A DNA stretch of 64,000 nt from Stegostoma tigrinum (taxonomy: Eukaryota): positions 45,348,771-45,412,770 of the forward strand of contig NC_081380.1 of NCBI RefSeq assembly GCF_030684315.1, read 5' to 3'. The position numbers and the translations under genes are program-made. Below are positions 55,737 through 64,000 of the stretch, in pieces. Under the pieces are notes generated by a model that saw only the letters and a program-made list of their open reading frames with translations, was not told the origin of the DNA and made no database searches. The stretch's first letter is position 1. Every line of letters starts with the position of its first letter.

Positions 55737-55906
55737 GATGGATTCCTTGGGTTCAGCCAAAGGCGGTGAAGGAAACATGATGGTTAAAGTCTATGAGCAG
55801 CAATGGCTGTTTAAGGTGGTATCCAAAGGTGAGGCCAGCGAGTTAGATGGATTACTGGAGTACCTGATCAAAAACAATGAACGTCTCACTGACTGGAAAT
55901 TCAGAG
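55737..55906 (+). CDS. TRPV1-like channel exon, start of ankyrin repeat domain
   Basis: YEQQWLFKVVSKGEASELDGLLEYLIKNNERLTDWKFR resembles TRPV1 [38 protein letters not shown]; phase 2-1; lies downstream of SHPK on the same strand, as TRPV1 does in mammals. Confidence 0.85.
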
Positions 55907-56517
55907 GTATTGTTTCTTCATTTTCCTCCTGATTTGTCCCTTGGCCATCTGGTCATGCTGGTTACAATTCCATGGTATAAATAAATACCAGCTATATCTC
56001 CAGTACGTCAGCCCAATGTAAACGCTGACTAAAGAAGGCTTGAAAGGACTTTTCCGGAGTGCCTTTCAAACCTCGAGATGTCCCAGTACGCATCTCTAAG
56101 CTAAGGAGCTAAGGAAGTTCTGAATTAGCCCCTGTTGTAATTTAAGAAATACAGCTGCCATGGGTGTACAAGGATCCCACAAACTGCAATCTGACAAGGA
56201 CAGGATAATTTGTTCTTTACAGATGTTAGTTGTGAGATCAAGTATTGCTTCCAGGACATTGGAAAGGGCTCCCTCTGCCCTTCTTTGAAACAGTGGTCAA
56301 AGGATATTTTTATAAACGCCTGAGTTGAGGGCTCGACTTAACATCTAATCAAAAAGTGACACCTCCAACAGTGCAGTACCCTGTTTATACTGACAACAGG
56401 AGTTTTGTTATTATTTCAAAAATAGGCAGGCAATGGCCTAGTGGTATTTTGGGTGAGCGATGGCCTAGTAGCATTATCGCGAGACTTAATGCAGAGACCT
56501 AAGCAATGTTCTGGGGA

Positions 56518-56613
56518 GGGTGATGTGGAAGGGTCTAGGCCCGAAACGTCTGCTTTTGTGCTCCTGAGATGCTGCTGGGCCTGCTGTGTTCATCCAGCCA
56601 CACATTTTATTAT
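56518..56613 (+). mobile_element. Penelope-derived mini-element, truncated, inserted in a SINE
   Basis: 14-bp TSD CAATGTTCTGGGGA at 56504-56517 and 56614-56627. Confidence 0.82.
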
Positions 56614-56885
56614 CAATGTTCTGGGGATCTGGGTTCAAATCCCACCATGTCAGATGGTGTGGAATTTGAATCCAGTAATAATTTGGAATTTAAAGTCTAA
56701 TGATGATCATGAAACCGTTGTCAGGAAAAACCCATCTGGTTCACTAATGTTTTTTAGGGAAGGAAACTGCCATCCTTACCTGGTCTGGCCTAGATGTGAC
56801 TCCGGACCCACAGCAATGTGGTTGACTCTTAACAGCCCTCTGGGCAATAAATGCTGGCCTAGCCAGTGACACCCACATCCTATGA

Positions 56886-58752
56886 ATATAACATAGCACA
56901 GAACAGGCTCTTTGGCCCACGATGTTGTGCCGAACTTTTACCTTAAGACTAAGGTCTATCTAACCTCCACCCCTACCTTATACTATCATCCATGTGCCTA
57001 TCTAATTGCCGCTTAAATGCCCCTAATGAGGCCGACTCCACTACCCTCTCTGGCAATGCATTCTATGCCCCTACCATTCTCTGAGTAAATACCTATCTCT
57101 GATGTCTCCCCTGTATCTATCTCCACTCGTAATAGCTACCTCCATCCTAAGAAAAAGTCTTTGGCTGTCCACTCTATCTATACCTCTGATCATTTTGTAC
57201 ACCTCTATCATGTCACCTCTCATCCTTCATCGTTCTGAAGAGAAAAGCCCTAGCTCTCTCAAACTCTCCTCGTAAGACCTTCCCTCCATTCCAGGCAACA
57301 TCCTAGTAATTCTCCTCTGTGCCTTGCCAACACTTCCACATCTTTCCTGTAATGAGACGACCAGGACTGGACACAATACTCCAGATGTGGCCGAACCAGG
57401 TTTTTGTATAGCTGGAGCATAACCTCATGGCTCTTGAGCTCAATCCCTTTATTACCGAAAGCTAACACACCGTATGCCTTCTTAACAACTCTATCTAACT
57501 GGATGGTAGCTTTCAGGGAACTGTGAACATGAACCCAAGATTCCTCTGCTCCTCCACACTGCCAAAAATCTTTCCATTAACCCTGTATTCTGCTTTCAAG
57601 TTTGTCCTTCCAAAATGAATCGCCTCACACTTTTCAGGGTTAAACTCCACCTGTACTTCTCAGCCCAGTTCTGCATCCCTTTGTAACCTAGAACAGCTCG
57701 CCACACTGTCTACAATGAGACCTACCTTCACATTGTCCACGAACTTGCTAATCCACTCTTTCACATCTTCATCCAAATCATTTACAAAAATCACAAATAG
57801 AAGAGGACCCAGGACAGATCCTTATGGTACACCACTCGCAACTGAGCACCATATTGAATATTTTCCTGTCCACCACCACTCTTTGTCTCCCAAGAGTCAG
57901 CCAATTCTGAATCCAATTTGCCACATTTCCCCCTATCTCATGCCTCCTTTCCTTACCTTCTGCATGAGGCTACCATGGGGAACATTATCAAATGCCTCAC
58001 TTAATCCATGTATACCACATCACTGCTCTACCTTTGTGTCTACGTATTTGGTCACCTCTTCAAAGAATTCAATAAGGTTTGTGTGGCATGATCTACCCCT
58101 CACAAATCCTGCTGACTATCACAAATCAAACAGTGCCTTTCCAAGTGATCATAAATCCCATCTCTTAGAGCCATTTCCAATAATTTGCTCACCGCTGAAG
58201 ACTAACTTGCCTGTAATTTCTGGGGTTATCCCTATTCCCTTTCTTGAACAAGTGAAAGACGTTTGCCTCTCTCCAATCTTCCGGCACTGTACCCGTGGAC
58301 AGTGAGGATGAAAAGATCATCGCCAAAGGCCCTGCAATCACTTCCCTCACTTCCCATAGAATCCTTGGATAAATCCCATCAGGCCCAGTGGAATTACCTA
58401 CCTTCAACTTCCTTTAAATTCCTAGCACATATTGCTTACTAACATCCACCTCCTCTAGCCTACCAGCCTGTTTCACACTGTCCTCCTCTACAACTAGGTC
58501 CCTCTCAGTTGTGAATACCGAAGAAAAGTATTCATTAAGAACCCCTCCTATCTCTTTAGGCTCCATGCATAAATTCCCTTTACAATCCTTGATCGGCTCT
58601 ACCCTTCCTCTGGTCATTTTCTTATTTCTCACATACGTGTAAAAAGCCTTGGAGTTTTCCTTGATCCTATCTGCCAAGGTTTTCTCATGCCCCCTTATAG
58701 CTCTCCTAAGCTCTTTCTTCACCTCCTTCCTGGGTGACTTGTATCCCTCAAT
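56886..58752 (-). mobile_element. CR1 LINE fragment
   Basis: GPDGIYPRILWE...VPEDWREANV...NYRQVSL; LYKNLVRPHLEYCVQSWS. Confidence 0.9.
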
Positions 58753-61234
58753 GCATATAAAAAAACTTTATTTCTAAAAAGAATCTTTACATACATGCAT
58801 TGTTACACATGCAATTCATTTCTCTATTGTAGCGTATCAAGGGAACAAACAAACATTTGAAGATAGCAAGAACTGCAGATGGAGGACTCCCAGATGCTGC
58901 CAGACCTGCTGTGTTCCTCCAGCTCCACACTGTGTTGAAACAAACATTTGAGTTTGATTCTATCCAAAGACCAAAGACCTCCCTTCCCCATACAGTACTA
59001 TGTTTACACACATTTGTGGCATCACTCTGAATCAGGGGCTTGAGTCCCAGGAGTGGGACTTCGATAAGAGATAGGGACTTTGCACTGAGCCAGTTTGCAT
59101 CCTCTTCTCAGTCAGGATGGACAAACTTTTCACAATAACTCACTGGCTGGGGAAGGGAAGTAATTATTCCTTCATTTTTAACCTTCACCCTCCCATATTG
59201 CCATCCCCAGTTCAGCTTCAGGGTTCAGTTATTATGTGATTGAGAAAATTTGTCCTAAAACTGAAACTTTAACACTGCAGAACTAAGATATAAGAAGGTG
59301 GGTAAAGGTCCATAAATACATCTGTTTCAATCAGAAGGATAAAACATTATGTGGCCAATGTATTCCAATCCAATTGTTGTGGATTTAAGGAGCAGAAAAG
59401 AGATATATCATGGTAGGCAAATAGTCCCGCCTCCTATGAATGATTTAGCCCATAACATCATGACATCCACCATGACAGCTGTGGCTCAGTGGGTAGCTCT
59501 CGTGTCTCTGAGTCAGATGTTTGTGGGTTTGAGTGGTGAGTTGTGGAAGAGGAATCAATGTCAGCTGGTTGTTCCCATTAGTCGGCAGGGGACGATGCTG
59601 GGTAAGGGAATAGTCATGCACCAATGGCAGCGCACACCAGAGTGTAGAGGGGAACTGCAGCAATGCCCCCACACTCAGGGATGCTGTGAGCTGGTATTCT
59701 GTACTTCTGGTCCACGACCTTGACGGCCTGAACGCTTCAAAGCCAATCCTGAATCTGTGTCCATTTCAAAATTACATGGAGCGCCCAGCATGGAAACAGC
59801 GAGCTGGTTCCTGCTCCACATTAGCCTTCTGACTATCAATTGACTGAACCTCACCAATATATGCAACAAATGTTTACCAGAGTGATTCCTGGGGTGCCAG
59901 TGCTGACATAGGAATGGAAACTGCAATGGTTAGGACTATACTCACTGGAGTTTAAAAGAACGAGGGGAGATCTCAAAGAAGGCTATCCAATTCCAACTAT
60001 CCAATTCTAGGCAAGATACGTGGAGGAAGGATGTTCCTGATGACTGGGGAGTCTGGAACCAAGGGTCATGGTTTAGGGATATGGGGTAAACCAATGAGGA
60101 CTGAGGTAAGGAGCAGTGAACCTGTAGAATTCTCTGCCACAAAAGTGGTTGAAGCCAAAACATTGAATGTTTTCAGTAAGGAGTTAGATATATTTTTTCG
60201 AGCTAAAGGAATCACAAGGTATGGGGAAAATATGGGAAGCATAGTTGGATGATCATGTTGAATGGCAGGGCAGGCTGAAAAAGAGGAAGACCTACTCCTA
60301 TTCTTTTTTCTATGTTTGTTCTATGTTTGGATACCCCACTGTTTCTTTTTGTCTTGTGTTTATCTGGCTTCCCCTATTTGCCTCAGTTACTCTGTGTGGA
60401 ATATTGAATTTGAAGTCCCTGTTACTCTCCAAGCAAAGCCCTTTCGAGTTTATTTGTGACCATCTAACATCTCCGTTGCAGCCCAGCTTCAAAGCCCCCA
60501 CACTCTCGTACTGTCCCACCTCCAACACCAAGACAAAGTGACACCATTTCCTTTTAAATCTCAACTCAGTCAGCAGTCTAAGTAGATAAAGCTTCAGGGT
60601 CAGGACTGGATGGAGAGGAGGGTTAATCAGCAAAATGCAAACCATTTTAGTGGGACTATATTCCAATTATTCAGTTCGGAAGAAGGGTCACTGGAGTTGA
60701 AACGTTGACTCTGTTTTCTTCTCACAACTGCTGTCAGACCCATTAAGTTTCTCCAGAAGTTTCTGTTTTTCAAACATAGAACATAGAGCAATACAGCACA
60801 GTACAGGCCTCAGCCCACAATGCTGTGCTGACCTATTATCCTACTAAGATTAAACTACCGTGCATACCCTACATTATACTATCATCCATATGCCTATCCA
60901 AGAGTTGCTTAAAAGTCTCTAATGTATCTGACAAATATACTTTGTTTCAGATTTCTAGCATCCACAGTTCTTGGTGCTTTTTTTCCCAATTATTGATGTC
61001 AGGAAGCAATTCTTCATTGATAGTGCAGTGGAAATCTGGAATTTTCTCTCCCAAAATGTTGTTGAGGCTGTGGGTCAATTAACTGAGAGATTTTTGTTTG
61101 GCAAAGGATATTAAAGGTTACCGTACCAAGGTGAGCAGATGGAATTAAGATACACATTAGCTATGACAACAGAGCCACAAAATGGTTACAACAAGAAGGG
61201 AGCCTTTCAGCCCTTTGTGCCTATGCTAAATTGA

Positions 61235-62520
61235 TTGATTGATTCATTGTCACATATGCCAAAATACAGTGAAAAGCTTGTTCACGAGCAGTACATGCAG
61301 ATCATCGTAAGCGAAGGATGTGCTGATCAATAAGACTTAGACAGAGGCATACACGTTACATTGCACAGGGTGCGCGCTAGACAAGATCAACATTAGCAAG
61401 ATCAGCATTATTTGAGGCTAGAGGGCCCATTCATTAGTCTGACAGTAGCCGAGAAGAAGCTGTTCCTGAATCTGCTCGTACATGTGTTCAGGTTTCTGTA
61501 TCTTCTGGCTGATGGAAAAGGTTACAGGAGGCGCAATGGGTCTTTGATGATGTTGGCTGCCTTTCTGTGGCAGCGAGCCGTGTAAATGGAGTCCATGGAT
61601 GGGAGGTTGGCTTCCATGATGGTCCGGCTGTCCACACCAGCTTCTGTAGTTTCTTATGGTCCTTGGCAGAGCAGTTGCCGTACTAGGCCGTTATGCACCC
61701 GGACAGAATGCTTTCAGTGGTGCATCCACAGAAGTTGGTGATGGACCTTATGGACGTGACAAACTTCCTGAGCTTCCTGAAGAAGAGGCAGTCCAGGACA
61801 GATTGTCAGTTATTATCACTCTGAGGAACTTGATGCTCTTCACCCTCTCAGTCTCAGCTCCATTGATGTAGATGGGGGCATGTTCTCCTCCTTTATATCT
61901 GAAGTTGATGTTCAGTTCTTTAGTTTTGCTGACATTGAGACACAGATTGTTCTCACTGTGCCACGTCACTAAGCCCTTCATCTCCCTTCTGTAGTTTGAC
62001 TCATCATTCTTAGATATCCATCCCACTACAGTGGTGTCATCAGCAATGTTGGAGATGGCGTTCATTCGGAATTTAGTAACACAGTCGTAGGTTTACAGGG
62101 AGTACAATATGGGGCTGAGGAAGCATCCCGGGGGGGGAGGTGTTCATGTGGTGAGTGTTATTGTGGAGGATCACGATTGCAGCCTATGGGTCAGAAAACT
62201 GAGGATCAAGTTGTAGAGGGTGGAGCTGAGACCAAGGTCACACAGTTTTGAGATCAGTCTGGAGGGGATAATGGTGTTGACGATAGAGCTGTAGTCGATG
62301 AGCAGGAGTCTGATGGAGGTGCCCTTGATGTCCAGATGTTCCAGGGATGCGTGCAGTGCTAGGGATATGGCACCCTGTGAGGACCTGTTACATCGGTAGG
62401 CAAATTATAGGGGATTGAGGAAAGTTGGGAGATGAGAGTTGATGTGGGCCATGACCAGCATCATAAAACACCTCATGATTAAAGTCGGAGCGACTGGGTG
62501 GTAGTCATTCAAGCACACTG
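61235..62520 (-). mobile_element. Rex1/Babar-like LINE fragment
   Basis: LNDYHPVA; ADDTTVVGWISKNDESNYRRE...LNVSKTKEL...ITDNLSWT. Confidence 0.78.
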
Positions 62521-63020
62521 TGTGTGTTTTCTGCAAGAGCACCTTGGCTAGTCCCACTCCCTTGCCCTTCCCCCACTGTGCTGCAGATCTTTTCTGATAC
62601 CCTGTGGGTACCCTTTTGAAAGTCCTGATTGAATCTGCCCCCACCACATTCTCAAGCAATGTATTCAGTGGCATAAAAAAGATTGTCCTCATGCCTCCTT
62701 TTTTTTACCTTAAATGTTGTCCCTACTTACTCTACAGACTGCTCATGATTTTGAACACCTTTATGAAATTTCCTCGCAGCCTTTTCTAAGGACAATAGCC
62801 CCAGCTTCTCTAATCTGTTTACTTCACTGAAGTCCCTCAGCCCTGATCACATCCTTGTAAATCTTTTCTGTGCCCTCTCTCATGCCTTCACATCTTTCCT
62901 GAATTGTGGTGTTTATATTCCAGTTGGGACTGAATCAGAGTTTTATAAATGTTTCTTATAGCTCCCCTGTAACTGTACTCCAGCTCCCACATAATGAAGC
63001 CAGGAATTTATTTGCTTTGG

Positions 63021-63945
63021 AGACCACTCTCTCCGCAACTCCCTTGTCCGCTCCACACTGCCCTCCAACCCCACCACACCTGGCACCTTCCCCTGCAACT
63101 GCAGGAAATGCTACACTTGCCCCCACACCTCCTCCCTCACCCCTATCCCAGGCCCCAAGATGACCTTCCATATTAAGCAGATGTTCACCTGCACATCTGC
63201 CAATGTGGTATATTGTATCCATTGCACCCAGTGTGGCTTCCTCTACATTGGGGAAACCAAGCGGAGGCTTGGGGACTGCTTTGCAGAACACCTCTGCTCG
63301 GTTCGCAATAAATAACTGCACCTCCCAGTCGCAAACCATTTCCACTCCCCCTCCCATTCTTTAGATGACATGTCCAACATGGGCCTCCTGCAGTGCCACA
63401 ATGATGCCACCCGAAGGTTGCAGGAACAGCAACTCATATTCCGCTTGGGAACCCTGCAGCCCAATAGTATCAATGTGGACTTCACCAGCTTCAAAATCTC
63501 CCCCTCCCCCACCGCATCCCACAACCAGCCCAGTTCTTCCCCTCCCCCCACTGCATCCCAAAACGAGCCCAGCCTGTCTCTGCCTCCCTAACCTGTTCTT
63601 CCTCTCGCCCATCCCTTCCTCCCACCTCAGCCGCACCTCCATTTCCTACCTACCACCTCATCCCACCTCCTTGACCTGTCCATCTTCCCTGGACTGACCT
63701 ATCCCCTCCCTACCTCCCCACCTATACTCTCCTCTCCACCTATCTTCTTTTCTCTCCATCTTCGGTCCGCCTCCCCCTCTCTCCCTATTTATTCCAGTTC
63801 CCTCTCCCCATCCCCCTCTCTGATGAAGGGTCTAGGCCCGAAACGTCAGCTTTTGTGCTCCTGAGATGCTGCTTGGCCTGCTGTGTTCATCCAGCCTCAC
63901 ATTTTATTATCTTGGAATTCTCCAGCATCTGCAGTTCCCATTATC
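63021..63945 (+). mobile_element. Penelope-like element 3' fragment, parent family of the mini-elements
   Basis: CNCRKCYTC linker, CTSANVVYCIHCTQCGFLYIGETKRRLGDCFAEH and EQQLIFRLGTLQPNSIN; pyrimidine-rich 3' UTR; ends in the mini-element consensus with core at 63820-63847. Confidence 0.88.
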
Positions 63946-64000
63946 ACTGATCTATTTGCTTTATTGACCATTTCAACCTTCAATGGTTCATGCACATATA

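Noticed and set aside
57715-58305. 196-aa plus-strand ORF
   Set aside because: Antisense reading of a CR1 reverse-transcriptase fragment
59675-59926. FEMDTDSG, reminiscent of a Gypsy aspartic protease motif
   Set aside because: Single short motif lacking the DTG glycine, with no gag or RT context

Overview
Eukaryotic, intron-rich vertebrate DNA. The repeats (HE1/V-SINE-like and SacSINE1-like SINEs, CR1 and Rex1 LINE debris, Penelope-like elements) point to an elasmobranch (shark). Four genes can be reconstructed by hand with phase-consistent splice sites: the last 11 coding exons of BLTP2/KIAA0100 (+, 929-13667, including one GC-AG intron), EMC6 (-, single coding exon 16990-17322), a complete 7-exon SHPK (+, 28061-41672, 469 aa), and the first two coding exons of a TRPV1-4-clade channel (+, 53633-55906). 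The most striking unannotated structure is a family of about 11 short (about 100-230 bp) insertions derived from the 3' terminus of a Penelope-like retroelement. They are built around a minimal hammerhead-ribozyme motif (CTGATGA-A-GGGTCTAGGCCC-GAAACGTC, complete in several copies), are often arranged as head-to-head palindromes, and are flanked by direct repeats that are exactly 14 bp in six cases. Other oddities: a 29-unit, 46-bp E-box-rich minisatellite that arose inside a Penelope ORF next to the EMC6 promoter, three local templated duplications (one copies part of a BLTP2 exon), and a candidate bidirectional promoter. Gene names rest on remembered homology, not on database searches; repeat boundaries are approximate.
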